A stretch of 64,000 bases of DNA from Dicyema japonicum (lineage: Eukaryota; Animalia; Dicyemida). The stretch is taken from positions 62,001 through 126,000 of the forward strand of contig RDEW01000083.1 in assembly GCA_011109175.1 (NCBI GenBank). Direction: 5' to 3'. Position numbers and translations under genes: made by a program. Below, one piece after another: positions 1 through 12,860 of the stretch; positions within the stretch are counted from its first letter, which is position 1, and each line of letters starts with the position of its first letter. The notes beneath the pieces were generated by a model that saw only the letters and a list, made by a program, of their open reading frames with translations, was not told the DNA's origin and did not search any database.

Positions 1-345
1 TTTACAATGAGTTAAGAACTGAAAGAAATCGTGTTGTCAAGGAGATTAGAAGGAAGAAGGAAATTTATGTCAAGAAAATTGACGAACGTGTCAGAGAAAT
101 TGAGAAGTTGGGATACGGAACGCAAATGTTCCTAGCAGTTCGCTTTTTGCAGAGGGGAGTTCAACCTACGAATAATTGTATTCACGACAGTCAAGGAAGA
201 AATGTATTCGTGTAAGACCAAGAACAACCCTCCCGGTTGTTTAACGAGGTGATCTGAAAGGCACAAAAAAAACACTAACATCTGCTGATGACCTGGACAC
301 ACTGAGGGATCTGGCTAAGAAAACCCTGAAATAAGCTAACTCTTT
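1..345 (+). mobile_element. Internally deleted fragment of the local RTE-like LINE family
   Basis: Frame from nt 3 reads YNELRTERNRVVKEIRRKKEIYVKKIDERVREIEKLGYGTQMFLAVR. It then jumps to a C-terminal DDLDTLRDLA segment resembling DDLDELRSLA of the element at 39170-41860. Confidence 0.6.
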
Positions 346-369
346 CTCTTGTCTTTAAAAAAAACCATG

Positions 370-891
370 TCTAACGAATACTCTTACGAATGAAATACTC
401 TGCAAAGTTCAAACTGCAAGTTGTAAACTTTGCCGAAGAAACTAGCAACTGTGCTGCCTCAAGAAAGTTTGGCGTAAATGAGAAACTAGTAAGAGATTGG
501 AAATGCAATGCAACACAGCTAGCAGTGATGCCAAGAAACAAATGTGCTAATATAGGGAAAAGCTCCCAGTGGCCAGCACTTGAACAAGAATCTGCCAAAG
601 GTGAAAAAAACTGTTCTCGTGAGAACAACAGGCCATGAAAAGTCTAGATTCACTGTTGTTCTTTCCTGCTTAGCTGACAGTACAAAGCTGAAGCCGATGG
701 TCGTTTTTAAGAGAAAACTCTACCGAAAGGACAATTCCCTTTATAACTCTTTATAGCACTTTATAATTCTAATTTATTGTTTCTTAACTGAAAATAAATC
801 ACTTTCTAAGAGTGTTCATTGTTGTTAGTCTCTCTCGGCGCGTAATATCACAGGGTTAGTAGGGGTCCACTTGTCACCGGCAAATACGGTA
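370..891 (+). mobile_element. Internally deleted pogo-family (POGK-like) DNA transposon
   Basis: ORF 390-638 (MKYSAKFKLQVVNFAEETSNCAASRKFGVNEKLVRDWK) is a Brinker-type HTH. It is followed by the DDE fragment RFTVVLSCLADSTKLKPMVVFKRK. The right end CCGGCAAATACGG-TA at about 877-891 looks like a pogo TIR plus TA. Confidence 0.8.
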
Positions 892-923
892 ATTACTTTA
901 AAATTATAATTAATTTAAATTTA

Positions 924-1191
924 ATGTACAATGTCGCCAGAGTAATAAAAAGATGTTCATCAAATATAAGGAATATTGGAGTAATAGCACATGTCGATGC
1001 TGGTAAAACTACACTCACTGAACAAATGCGACTTCTCTCCAAGACAATATCAAACTCGGGTTATTCCTATATGTTTACTACCAGGGAGTGTTGATAGGGG
1101 GACCACTGTTACTGATTTTATGGGAGAGGATAGACGTCGAGGCATTAGCATCAAATCATCTCTTCTGGCACAAACGGGCGAACTTGAATAA
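924..1191 (+). pseudogene. GFM2: 5' fragment of mitochondrial EF-G2/RRF2mt (GFM2-like translational GTPase)
   Basis: ATG 924, 25-nt GT-AG intron 1060-1084. Spliced product is ...IRNIGVIAHVDAGKTTLTEQM...GSVDRGTTVTDFMGEDRRRGISIKSS (G1 and switch I of EF-G2). Similarity stops at about 1160 with a stop at 1189-1191, and no continuation was seen in the window. Confidence 0.7.
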
Positions 1192-2124
1192 AAACCGTCT
1201 TCTTGGAGTATTTTTTGGTTATAATTCAAAACTTTAATCTTTTTTGATTTTATGTCAAATTGACCTACAAAAAATTTTTAAAATAAAAGGGAAAAAATAA
1301 TAATGTCGAAATAACATGGAAAACATCGGGAGGACTTGTGAGAAGTTGCGCACGACCTTGCAAGGTGGAACCACTTATTTCGATTGTTTCTAACGCCACA
1401 TGTATAAAACTGAGATGTTGTATTTTCTTAAAACAAGTTATTTTTTAGAAGCAATAACGGCAAACATCGATAACTGATGAAAAACTCATATCTGCTTAGA
1501 ACCAGCTTGTGAAGAAAGGAAATTAGGATAACTTAGTTCCCCCAAGAGGATGGAGGTGTTTCTTAGCGATTGTGGAGAATAGATATAACAATACTTAGAC
1601 TATAATTTATAGACTTCACAAAACTATCAATTATTCTAGAAGAACTGTAGGAAGTTATAATTAATGCGATTTTTGACTTTTTAAATCCAAAATTTGGACC
1701 TAAAATTGACTTTATTGACATAAAATTTTGACCTTTTTTGACTTTATGACAAATTTATCTACAAAAAAATTTAATATAAAATCTATTCAAATTTTTATAA
1801 AATAAAGAATATTGTGATCGAAAAGTTTTCAGGTTTAAAATTTCGGTCTTTAGATAGTAACATTGAGAACCTACTCTTAAATGATGTGCAAGAACACTTT
1901 TCAGATAGTCATATAAAAATGGAGAAATATGTTGTTTTTTTGCTATTTTTGTGATAGAAAGAAGTTGATTGACAGATAATATTGACTTCAGATATTTCCC
2001 GGTTCCACATAAAATGACACCGAAATATATTTTCTGAATGTCTTTAGCAGCGTCTTCTATTGTGAAATTGGTTTCTTCTGCCTCCTTGATATCCATGTAT
2101 ACCACCATTTTAGAATAACATTGC

Positions 2125-2420
2125 TAGTTTTGGAGTCATGAATTAATCTCCACAACGGGGAAGGCTTCTTCTCGTATCTCGGGCAGGCGTCCACATATAA
2201 TTTGATGTCCGGACCGAAAGGATGGTCAGCGGACTTCGCCGTCTTGAGGAAGTCTCGATGGCGTTCCGTAAGGTATTCCATTATTGGAGGACGTTAAGTT
2301 TTGTCTATAGTAACGATGACGGCGTCTTTTTTGACGATCTCAATAATACTATGAGACATCGGTTTTGTAACACTTCCAGCTTGCTCTGTGCTGCTAGTGA
2401 TTGCAAGACAATCCATGCTG
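2125..2420 (-). mobile_element. 3' end of a Jockey/I-like LINE ORF2
   Basis: Minus strand reads KLEVLQNRCL...MEYLTERHRDFLKTAKSADHPFGPDIKLYVDACPRYEKKP. A homologous copy lies at about 17330-17640 (+). Confidence 0.65.
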
Positions 2421-2569
2421 CATATTTTATTATAAAACTCGAGAAATAAAATAAAAAATTTTGACTTTATAACTTTGGATTAATATAATATTTTTGATTA
2501 AAACTACATTTTTAAAAGTTTTAAACAAGTTAAAAAAAACATGAATATTTTATTTTATTTCTCAAGCAG

Positions 2570-2745
2570 CGGTTCTGTGTGATTAATTGGTCAAAATTTA
2601 CTTTCCTTCCATCCAATGGAGTCACTGGATTCACTTTACTGAGGAGGCGCCCAATGCCTGGCTGGCATCAAAAGGATCCAAATATTATTAGCCCGGGGGA
2701 CAATTTCGTTACCTGGAGACAAGTTCTGGAAAACTGGAACAAGTC
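2570..2745 (+). repeat. Dispersed short non-coding repeat, family B, copy 1
   Basis: Aligns by eye with 35960-36095 (..GTCA.TGGATTCA..TTACTGAG.AG.CGCCCAATGC...GGGACAAT.TCGTTAC.TGGAGACAAGTT). Confidence 0.7.
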
Positions 2746-3719
2746 AGGATCAAGGAGTTAGGTGGTTTGGTTACCCTTGGTCTTTGGAATAATTTAAATG
2801 TGAATTTTTGACTTTATTGACAAATATTTGTTTATTTGAGAAAATAATTTTATTAAATTTTGGGAAGATGAAGCCGAAAAACTCCGACGTGGTCAACAAA
2901 AGTAGATCCTTTGTAAAATAAACCTCGAATTTGTTAATGATCACAGCCGAAACCATGGTTCTAAACAGGTTAAAAAACAGGAAGGATGCGAAAAATCGTA
3001 AATTTAGTCTAAATACGATTACAATTAATCACCAAGCAGGTCAACCTCGATGGTTTCTTTTACTGGGGTTTTGCTGACGTTTTTCCTCATAGAAACATGC
3101 TTAACTGTGTTTTTGAAAATAAAAAATAATCTTGAAGTTTCCGAAAATAAATAAGTCTTGTATTGAAACTTTAAAAACCAGGTAGCCCCACAAGTAACCT
3201 TTTTGACGACCTTATGGAACAGACTATCTCTTATTTACTAAATCAAATTAAAAGCAAGGTTAACAAATTCTTTAAACTTGTCCATACACGTGACTCTCAG
3301 TAACATAAACTGAGATTTTGTCATCGATGAATAAAAAATGATAAAGTCTTGTAAATGAAATACTTCATATTTCAAGATATCTGCGATAGGAACCGCACCG
3401 TTTCGCAGGTCTATGAGACGTGTTCCGACATTGTTTCATATTTCGATAGTTTCATTGCTCCTTCCACTTTAACGTTTTCGAGGGCAATTGGCACGACACA
3501 CAAAAGGATTGAATATTCACCTTTGATGACTACAAAGTTTTCCAGGGAGGTTGTTCGGAAAACATGTCCGGCAAAAGATAGTCCAGGAAAAAAATTGATA
3601 AATGTGGTATAAGACCAAACTCAGAAGATAAAGTTTTTTATAAAGCCTTTTCACAAGAGCCATAGTATTTATAGCTCCGCATAGGCAGGACACACACTTT
3701 ATTTAAGTAAAGAACAGTT

Positions 3720-3950
3720 AATTCGTAGAAACAAGGAATGATCTTCACTTCTTTTTTTCTTTTTCTTGTGTGAGTGTACTCTCTAGACAATCCAGTTCCG
3801 CAGTGAGTATCCACTGATGACGGCGTCATTCGTCAAACCCTTTCTGCATCGTAGATGCGTGGAACTTTCCACCAGGTGAACAGAAGCGAGATTCGAACCC
3901 GTAGCATAAGCCACTTAAGTCAGACACCTAACCACTATGCCACCCCGCTA
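3720..3950 (-). mobile_element. tRNA-derived SINE, copy 1
   Basis: The head has A-box TGGCATAGTGG and B-box GGTTCGAATC. The body CCACGCATCTACGA and tail AAGTGAAGATCATTCC are shared with other copies in the window. Confidence 0.8.
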
Positions 3951-4084
3951 TGCCACCAAAGTTTTTTATCAAAAATAAAAAGACGTTTTTACTCACAGAA
4001 CGAGTATAACACTATAATAACAGTCCAAGGAGTAAGTTAGATTTTCATTACTTAAAGCCAAGCTTAGGTATAGCTTACACTTAT

Positions 4085-4240
4085 TTTTGAGATCACCAAA
4101 CCGAATCGACGCCTCTGGAGACCCTTATGAAACTAGACTCCAGAATGCGGGAATTCCCGTAAAATTCAGTCAGCCTTCCTATACGATCATGGGCGGGCAC
4201 GAAGGAGGAATACCGGGCAAAGTTGAGGTCACAGTTGGAA
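4085..4240 (+). mobile_element. LINE 3' ORF2 fragment
   Basis: Clear nucleotide similarity to the reverse complement of 51010-51160 (STPLETLM.LD). Confidence 0.65.
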
Positions 4241-4344
4241 CGCATCGGGATCATTTGATAATTAGATTGTCTTCTGAGACTCACAAGCCCAGACCGAGTA
4301 AACCAACGTGCACCAGTTGGCATTACAATTTATACAAAAGATGT

Positions 4345-5300
4345 CTAAACAATCGTCTCCCATAGGGTCACCAATTCGTGTTGCGATTGCTTTTTAAATT
4401 TCTTTGATACCGGTTTTTCTGATATTTCAAACCGCTCCAGAAGTTTCGAAAAAGATTGAAATAAAACGGCCTCCCAGGCTTTAGTACTTAGAAAATACAA
4501 TCGGGAATTAGTTATTCCGCCACGTAAAATGCGAAGGGCTTCATCCTCCACAGTCAAAATTAGATAATTCAATAACTGCAAGAAAACCGGTAATCTCTGG
4601 ACCACTTTGATTATGTTGCTGAGAGGAGCATGTCTCGGGAAACTTCCAGCACTTCTCCAGGAGATAGGGGATGGATAAAGTTCAATAGTTTTTTCCCAAC
4701 GGCGCCTGTAATGACCGCATAAATCGAATCCAAGGCCATTGCCAACGAAAAATCACAGCCTTCTTTTATCGAGGAGAGTCCGACAAATTAGAAGGGTAGA
4801 CATTGAGCCAACATTTCCAATACATACCGATCGGAAACATGAGGGGAAACGTTGGAAATCTTGAATCTCGGGTAGAGGGCGTCTGCAACTTGTATGATCT
4901 CTCCCTAATGTGGAAAATATGTCATAGTCAGCGAAGATCTTTATCCAGCCTACGATTAAAGGTGACCCGGACAAAAGAAAAGGTAACTTGTCTCCTGGTC
5001 ATCAAGAAAGCATGAATTCCAATGGGAAACATAACCCTAATCTCAAACACGTGCTTTTTGTTTCCTAACCATATTGTTTGATACTCTTCGGTCACGTTTA
5101 AAGGATGAAAACCAACTGATCTTCTTGTCCTCCAAAAGGATATGTCGATTTACAAACATTTCAACTTGAAATCCTGAGACACATGTCTCAAAGTCAAGGG
5201 GATCTGAACGGGTTTGGAACCTCTTTATATGCCTTCCAGAGATGTTCATGTTATAACAATAAGTACGTGACGAACAAAACAAGTCAACCTCGTGCACTCA
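4345..5300 (-). CDS. Hypothetical multi-exon protein, family not recognised
   Basis: Consecutive open segments (5043-5297, 4753-4974, 4345-4605) with protein-like composition can be linked by short candidate GT-AG introns. The 5' end and exact splice sites are uncertain. Confidence 0.4.
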
Positions 5301-5999
5301 ACACGGTTCCAAGGTGATGATAGTTCATTCTGAATGAATTAATGGAATTAGACGTAATTCAAGGATAACTCAATCTGAATAGGTGCAAAAAATAATTTTC
5401 AAATATGATCAGAATTCAACTTTTGCAGGTATTACCTTACAGTTAAAAATAGCAACCAATTTTGACATATTGAGACTGTATTGAACTCATTTAACATTAT
5501 TAACGATCAAGAAATCACAAAGTTATGGAGAAACGCGGCTATTAGGTCATTCCAGCCTCTTTCAGTAGCCTCCTTATCTTGATTCTGTGTTCTATCTGGA
5601 TCTCAGTAGCCTTTGGAATTCCTGATTTGTAAGAACCGTGGAATGCAGCCGTCTGACTGTGACCCCAATTTGTGTTGTATGGTCTCGACTGGAAAAATGG
5701 GTGAGTATTTGGTTTGCCTTTACTGCAGTCTTCAAAATCATTTCACTTCATGTGACTTGAACCTATTAAAATGAGCAGATAGGATGAGATAGATGCCCTT
5801 TAACCAAGAGAATAAATTCTCGCATGATTGACGCATAAATGTCTTCATAAATAAATATTGCAACGCTAAAGTGCAGATTTAAGTTCATAAATTGGACTAA
5901 TTAATTCAGCAATACGCGGAATAGCTGTTGAAATATCATCACAGTGAAATTATAAAATGTTAATAAAAACAAATATTTCATGTTGACAAACAATTTTCA

Positions 6000-6621
6000 T
6001 TATAAAATGTGACATTTTTTCTTTTTTGTGAACTTATTAATTATGACTTGTTTGATAGCAAAATTCATCATTTCTTTAATATTGACGTCCATCTTCGCGG
6101 AAGTATCGTAATAATGCATTTTCAATCGTCCCGCCAGTTTCTTTCCAGTATCCTCAGAAATAGATTCTAACTGGAATTCAGATTTTCTTCGATCATTTTG
6201 TGTCCCCGCCAGCAACAAAACAGTTTTCGGGTTAAATTGACCCTTGATTTCTCTGTACCACTTAAATTATAAGAAATGATACTTTATTCTCCACATTTTC
6301 GAATGAATTTTTTTCCATCACAGAAAATGCTATAATAAAAATGTCCGTATTTGTGTAAGCATGGGATCTGAGGCTAGAGTAGTCCTCCTGTCCCGCCGTG
6401 TCGAATAGAAAGAGGTTTACTTCCTTGGAAAATTCCTCGCATTTAATGGGCAGTGTCGCATTGTAATAATCGAAAATCTAAATAAATTAAATCAGAATTA
6501 CTGTTGGAGTGTAGCCATCAGGAAATTCATTAGTCATGTAACTTTTCATTAAACAAGTCTTTCCAACTCCACCATCTCCCACAATGACACATTTTACATT
6601 TATTTTCTCACCCTCATTCAT
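6000..6621 (-). CDS. Rho-family small GTPase (Rac/Cdc42-like, divergent), 191 aa
   Basis: Introns 6478-6501 (24 nt) and 6261-6282 (22 nt) give an intact 576-nt CDS. Motifs: [37 protein letters not shown] and the CAAX box CHIL. Confidence 0.92.
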
Positions 6622-6799
6622 TTTAAGGTTAATCTAGTTCTATATTAAATATGAAAACTAGGCTATTTACGTGTTACATTAAAAGCTTAAATATATTATA
6701 TTTTTTTAAATTTGGTTGCCCATGATCAATTAAATTTAATTTAATTAAATTTTAAATAATTATTATTTTAATAAAATTCATATTGATTCTATTCCACGC

Positions 6800-7097
6800 T
6801 TTGTAAATGATTATCAAGAAACTGGATCTTCCTACCTTTCTTCCTGACCAAATCCTCCGATGAAGATTGCATTATGAAAACTATTCCGCTAAAGAATGAA
6901 GTGATCTCCGCGACGGTAGGACGTGGGACAAAAATGTAAGAGGGCGGACCTACTTTCCCACCTTTCTCCGGAAGCGGAAGCCTGTAATGAAGTATTGAAA
7001 AATGGATTTGGTCGGCAAAGCAGATGTTCTCCCTTTGGTTGCTTTCTTGGATTAGTTAGCTATGATGGTAATCCTGGGGTTAATAATAATAATAATA
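6800..7097 (+). mobile_element. Degraded LINE 3' end with (AAT)n tail
   Basis: Ends CCTGGGGTT followed by an (AAT)n run at about 7081-7097. The terminus resembles CCAGGGTTAATAAAAT at about 17625. Confidence 0.4.
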
Positions 7098-8001
7098 AAG
7101 AAACCATATATATCTGCGGCATCCTATTTGATAGCTGCTGGTCTCCTACTAGTTAGTGAGGCCTGGGTTGTTAAATAACTAACTAAACCACATTGATAAG
7201 CTGCCAGTAAACTATTAATGCAGAAAAATAAAGTTTTGAAAAGTCAAATTCTTATTTCCAGATTAACTCTCCAATTTGGAATCTCGAATACAAAATCTGT
7301 AATCCACTTTGGGAGATCAGAATTAATCAAATTTTGAAGACACCCTGTTCTATACTGTGTAGAATTTGTTTTTGAAGGTAACACCTGATATTTACTTTGA
7401 CTAATTTTCCATTTCTCCTGTTTTTTGATCATAGTTACTCCAAATAACCAGCTCTACTGCCAGTAATTTTTAATAATTAAAAAACGACTGTAATTTAATT
7501 ACCAATACGCTCCCCTAAAAATCTATCTTAGAAGATGTCTATCCCTTAACTAAGGACCCGCCCAGTTTTATCACATATTTAGTCTTTCCTCTAATTGAGG
7601 AAAAAATATGAAAAGTGCAATATAAATATTTTTATGGCGGTTGAATAAAAATCAACCCATTTATCTTAACTTGGAATTCGTAACAACTCATGTGGAAGTT
7701 TATTGATTAATGTTAATATGTCGCGATCGCGGAGCGCACATATATTTCACTGTGCTGTTTTGAAAGACGTTTGTCAAACTTTGGAAGAGAATTTTTTATC
7801 ATCTAACAACCAGTTGGAGCCAATGACATAAGTGCTGTGGATTGGTTACTTATCTGGAGAAAACAGAAGAGGTGAAATGGGTGATCGGTAACTTTTCTAA
7901 GAGTAAGAGAGTATTAGAGAGTTTTATAATCAATAATTATTTTTTAATATTAAAAATCTTTTTATTATAAAATAATTTTTAAATTTAATATAAATTCTAG
8001 A

Positions 8002-9420
8002 ATGTCTGACACGCCTTATAGTAGTGAAGATGAACAAAGTTCAGAACTAAGCTATATTCCACCACATTTGATAACTGATGAATTCATTGATTTTCATCTT
8101 AAAGGATCGGACTATTCTAAAGAAAATTATTAAACAAGGTTCAGGAAGATCTCCATTACATGGGGACACTGTTTACGTCCACTACACCGGGACCCTTCCA
8201 AACGGGACAAAATTTGACTCCAGCAGAGATCGGGACGAACAATTTTCTTTCAAAATTGGAGAAGGTCCTCATTTTTAGCTCACAGTTAGGAAATGTTATA
8301 AAAAGCTGGGACATGTCTCCGTTCTATGCAAAAAGGAGAAGAGTGCGTACTCCTAACTGCAGCCAAATATGCTATGGAAGTAAAGGAACCGGCAATCAGG
8401 AAGATGAGAAGAGTATTCCACCAAATTCTGCTCTTGTCTTTAAAATTGAGCTTTTTGATTTTCGTGGGGAAGATGTGACCCCCGAAAAGAATGGATTGGT
8501 CCTCAGATCAATGATATCTAATGGATCCGGTTATTTGGTACCTAGAGATTGGTCAAAGGTTAAAAGTATGAGTTTAATGGTAATTTTGATAGTCTCATAC
8601 AAAGTGACCCACAAAAATGAAATAATTGGCGGGCAAGATGACTTCGAATTTGAAATTGGGAGGGCAAATGAGAAGAACCTTGTGGAAGGAGTTGAGTTCG
8701 CAGTAAAATACATGCGGAAAGGCGAACGTGCCCTTTTCGTCATGAAGTACCCCCTTTCCTGTCGTGTATTGGAGACTGATGATGTTTCCAACTTTCCAAA
8801 GGACCACGAGGTCGAGTATGACATCACTCTGAATGATTTCGAGATTGTAAAAAAGTTTCATGATTTTAGGTGAAACAGTTCTATGATATGAACTGAAGAG
8901 AAGCTCAATATGGTGGACTATATTAAAAAGCGGGGGAATGACTTATTGGGAAGAAGTGCTACAACGCAGCTTATAGGTGCTATGAAAGTGGCAAGAAGTA
9001 TGTCGAGGACTGGGAGACTGATAAGGTTCCCGCAGAGCAACTGAAGTCCATGAGTTCTTATTGTCTGTCGCTTAAGCTCAACATGTCGCTGACCTGTTTC
9101 AGGCTTGAGCGGTTCAGAGACGCTCAAGTATGCGGAAGAAGCACTGGGGATTGACTCATCTTCCTGTAAGGGACTTTGGCGGGCTGCTAAAGTATGGGAA
9201 TATCTTAGTTTAGGCATTATGTGAACTGCGGGAGTTCGACAAGGCTTTGGAGTATCTGAGACAGGCAGAAGAATGTGGAGTGAATTGCGAAGAGGTGAAC
9301 GTGAGATAAGGAGAGTCAGTGGACTGAAGGATGCCGACAAGGCCGCAGAGAGAGCTCTATATATGAATGCGGTCAGAAAAATCATGGTGAGTTTGGGTCA
9401 TTTATTATTAGGCTGAGTAG
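8002..9420 (+). CDS. FKBP4: FKBP4/5-type immunophilin (two FKBP domains plus TPR), with about 7 apparent frameshifts
   Basis: Segments read [94 protein letters not shown] and C-terminal [12 protein letters not shown]. Five introns of 22-27 nt. Small deletions near 8100, 8320, 8373, 8894, 8957, 9122 and 9297. Confidence 0.88.
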
Positions 9421-10099
9421 TCAGTCCTTCCATGATTCCTTTTTGTTCTGTTTAATGGCTTTATTTGAGGCTTTTTTGGTTTTTGTACTGCGAAAAGTAT
9501 TTTAGTCCGCTTGCATTATAAAGGGAACTGATTTGAACTCTCAGTAAGTGGGCATTGTCATTTATCCTGCTATTTTCGATATAAGCTAACAGGCAATCGT
9601 TAAGATAATATTTGTTTTAGTGAAAATAGACCGTTTGTTCTCACATTTAAGCATTCTATTTAAAAACCGGATAAACTGAAGTGAAACGAATGCGGTCAAT
9701 GAATAATGTATACTCACATTGGTTATTTTAATTGCATCACGTCCTCTCAGTTTTATAAATAGAGTTTCATTTGTGGAGGAATGAATAACCCTGAGACAAA
9801 TAAAATATTATTTCATTACTTGTGGTCGAGGATAATTGGGTCTTCTATAAATATGCATGATTTTATGTTTAATACAGAAAGAGTCTAGATATTTATTTTT
9901 AAACTCTTTCCATTATCTGTTTGCAGAGTCTCACGAAAGCCGATTTCAAAAGAAATTTCTTATGATGCTTAACAAACATCTAAATTCAATAAAATATGCA
10001 TACTGCAGATTATTTTTAACTCCTTTACAAATGCGGAGAAATCCGGAATTGTAGATTCCGTCAGGATGGGAGGTATTTTTCTTTCACATTGTGGTCCCA

Positions 10100-12330
10100 G
10101 CATACGTATTGTTTTCCTTTGCAGTAAGTTTAGTTTTTGAATAGTAACCTCTGATAACGCGAATCTCCACGCAGCAGATGCATATTCTACAGCCGCGATT
10201 GTCTGCGGTATATGGCTCCTATTGCATTATTCATATTCGCTGGTGTCTTCTGGATGAGGGCACGTGTGAAATTTAATTTCTGTAGTCCTTTGGTGAAGAC
10301 TTGTTTGGCATGGTAGGTAAAATCAAGCAGCCTGTCATATGTCACTCCCAGGATTAAAGGGTTTCTTGTGACAGGTATCCGAGTATGTCCGATGGAGATT
10401 TCTGGTTCTTCTTTGAACCGCCGGTCGGAGTTGAATAGAGTGCATGATGATTTTGGAGCCGACATTGAGAGACGATTAGCCATCAACCAATCTTGGATAC
10501 AATCCACTTTCTTCTGTGCGAGTGAGACTGCTTCTTGTGGCAATGATCATATCGTCAGCATAAGAAAGCAGTAGGAATTCCCTGTCAATATCTGCTGGGA
10601 AGTGGTGGAGGAAAAAGTTGAATAGAGTGAAAGACAAAGGCGAATCTTGGGGCACTCCGTTTGGTAGTAAACGTGATCGTGATCTTAGGTGGTCACAGAT
10701 GACCCTCCTACGTCTTCTAGATAAAAAGTTGGCCAGTCATAGCTTCAAGTTAGGGCGAATTTTTGAATCAAAGATTTTTCCAATTAAATGTTTCCTCGAT
10801 GCCGAGTCAAACGTTTTGTTGATGTCAATCGAGACCATTGTTGTCCGCATGTGTCTAAGGGTAGTGTTGAAACCATCCGGGATGAACTGTGAAAGTGTTG
10901 ATAAGAAAGTCGTGGTTGATCTTCCAGAACGGAATCCGTGTAGGATATTCGGTTGAGTTAAGGAAAGAGTAATTTCAGATAGGACCAACTTTTCCAACAC
11001 TTTTGATATAGTAGAGGTCAATGAGATTGGTTTTTATGAATTGGGATCTCCTTTTGGATTTCAGGTCTTATGAATTGGAGTGATGGGCGAATTCTTCCAT
11101 ATTTGGGGGACAGTGTTCCAGTTAACGGACAGGTTAAAAATTTCCGTTAGGTAGCCTAATTGCATATTTGCTTAGGTGTTTTAGGTGAATTGAAGATACT
11201 TTGTCTGGGCCTGTGAGTTCTTCAATCCGGCGATAACCTGAGACCTGCTTGCCTGAGAATAGTTCTTGTAAGGTTCATTTTTCGGTTTGCGGGCACTTAC
11301 TTTGATTTCCAGTTGTTTAGAGAATTTCTTAAAGCTGATCGCACCGTAATGTTTCATAAGTAGATTAGGGCGTGTATGACAAATATGTTCTGGAGAGGGG
11401 TTACAGGTTCCATTCGTATCTTCCAACTCTGAATTAATTTTTTTAATGTTTTCCAAAATTGATGAAATGAACTTTTCCCGTTAAGGCGATTGATTAGGTG
11501 ACGCCACCTCTGATCCTGATGGTCTTTTATGCTCTGGTTGATACTTTTATGGAATTAATAACAGATTAATTGAATAAAATACTTTTTTCCTAAATTATTT
11601 ATTAGTATAATATATATAACTTGGACATCATTTATGGCAATTGTGTCATAATTTATGGGAATTGGGTCATCTTTATGGGAATTGGGTCAACATTTAGGGG
11701 ATTGAGTGTAGTTGTCTGATGGATTTCAACTCCGTAAGATGGCATTTTTTCATTTGGTTTCTTCGTTTTATGAGTGTAAGTGTCCGGGAATTGAGGGTAG
11801 GTATAAAATTTGTGTATGATGAGAGAGGAATAAATATGTTGTCGGCCACACTGATGATTTTTGCGGCTTCATCAATCAACGTATATGGATGATTGTCCTT
11901 TGACCAATTCCAGGTCTACGAAGTCAGAGAAACCAGACAGAACAATGTTTGCCATGTGTAATGACAGAGGACTGTGAAGCTAGCCAAACAAGGAGTCGGC
12001 ATTTAGGTCACCGCACATTAGAGCTTTTTTAGTACTGAGAGGCAGGGTATATTTGGGTGTAGGATTTTGGGCAGGATCATTGTGGTGGAATATATAAGTT
12101 AATCAAGTTGATCCAAAAAGACGAGTACAGACCCATTTTGATGGTGATCTGCTCCATGGTATCGTCTGAGTCCAAAAGTTCTGAGGTTCGTCAACTCACA
12201 TCAATGAAAGATATTCCGTTTTTTGTAATTGTGAGTAGTTTTCCACCTGGTCTTCCCTGACGGTCCTTACGGATTATTGTGTATTCCGGGAAAAAAGGTG
12301 TCCGGTTAGGAAGTCCCTTAGCCATACGAA
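10100..12330 (-). mobile_element. Degraded Jockey/I-like LINE (APE endonuclease to RT)
   Basis: EN fragment IIRKDRQGRPGG at about 12200-12300. RT motifs ISKVLEKLV, HGFRSGRSTTT, SIDINKTFD and NPLILGVTYD at 10187-11021. Confidence 0.85.
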
Positions 12331-12359
12331 TAGTTGTTTTGAAATATCTGCAGCTGCAA

Positions 12360-12860
12360 GCCTTGATAGGAAGGCTTCGTGTCACACAATATCGAAGGCC
12401 TTTGATAAATCCAGGCACACTATGTTTAGTTGTCTCTTGAGTGTTGTTCCTTTTAGTTCTTCCACATACATTTGATGAATGCAGTCGGTGCAAGACTTTC
12501 CAGGTTTGAAGACTCATTGTACTGCGAAAAGGAAATCGCCCTCCGGACACAGCCTCTCGAAGACAATTCGCTCAATAATCTTGGATATCGAGCATATAAG
12601 GCTTATCAGCCTATAGCTGAAAGGGCCCCTCCCAGACTTTCCTGGTTTGAGAATCATTTTGACTACAGAATTTTTTTACCGTTTTGGGACACATCCTTAC
12701 TTTATACTTGTGTTGAACAGACTTTTTAGGACGAGCAGTAAAGCCACGGTCCTTCTTTGAACATTTTCATGTTAACGTGGTCAAAGCCCGGATCATTGCA
12801 TGCTCTAATTGCTGTCATGATTTCCTTGAGGGTGATTTTCTTATCATCATCTTTGAAGTC
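12360..12860 (-). mobile_element. Separate LINE RT N-terminal fragment
   Basis: Minus-strand frames give YRLISLICSISKIIERIVFERL and VCLDLSKAFD. Confidence 0.7.

Noticed and set aside
2057-2281. Novel repeated protein family (..KLYVDACPRYEKKP.., also at about 17470)
   Set aside because: Upstream KLEVLQNRCL shows it is the C-terminal end of a LINE ORF2.
3810-3840. Hammerhead ribozyme (CTGATGA plus hairpin) antisense to the SINE; also CTGAGGA at about 2639
   Set aside because: No GAAA follows stem II, there is no stem III or cleavage triplet, and the core is not conserved in other copies.
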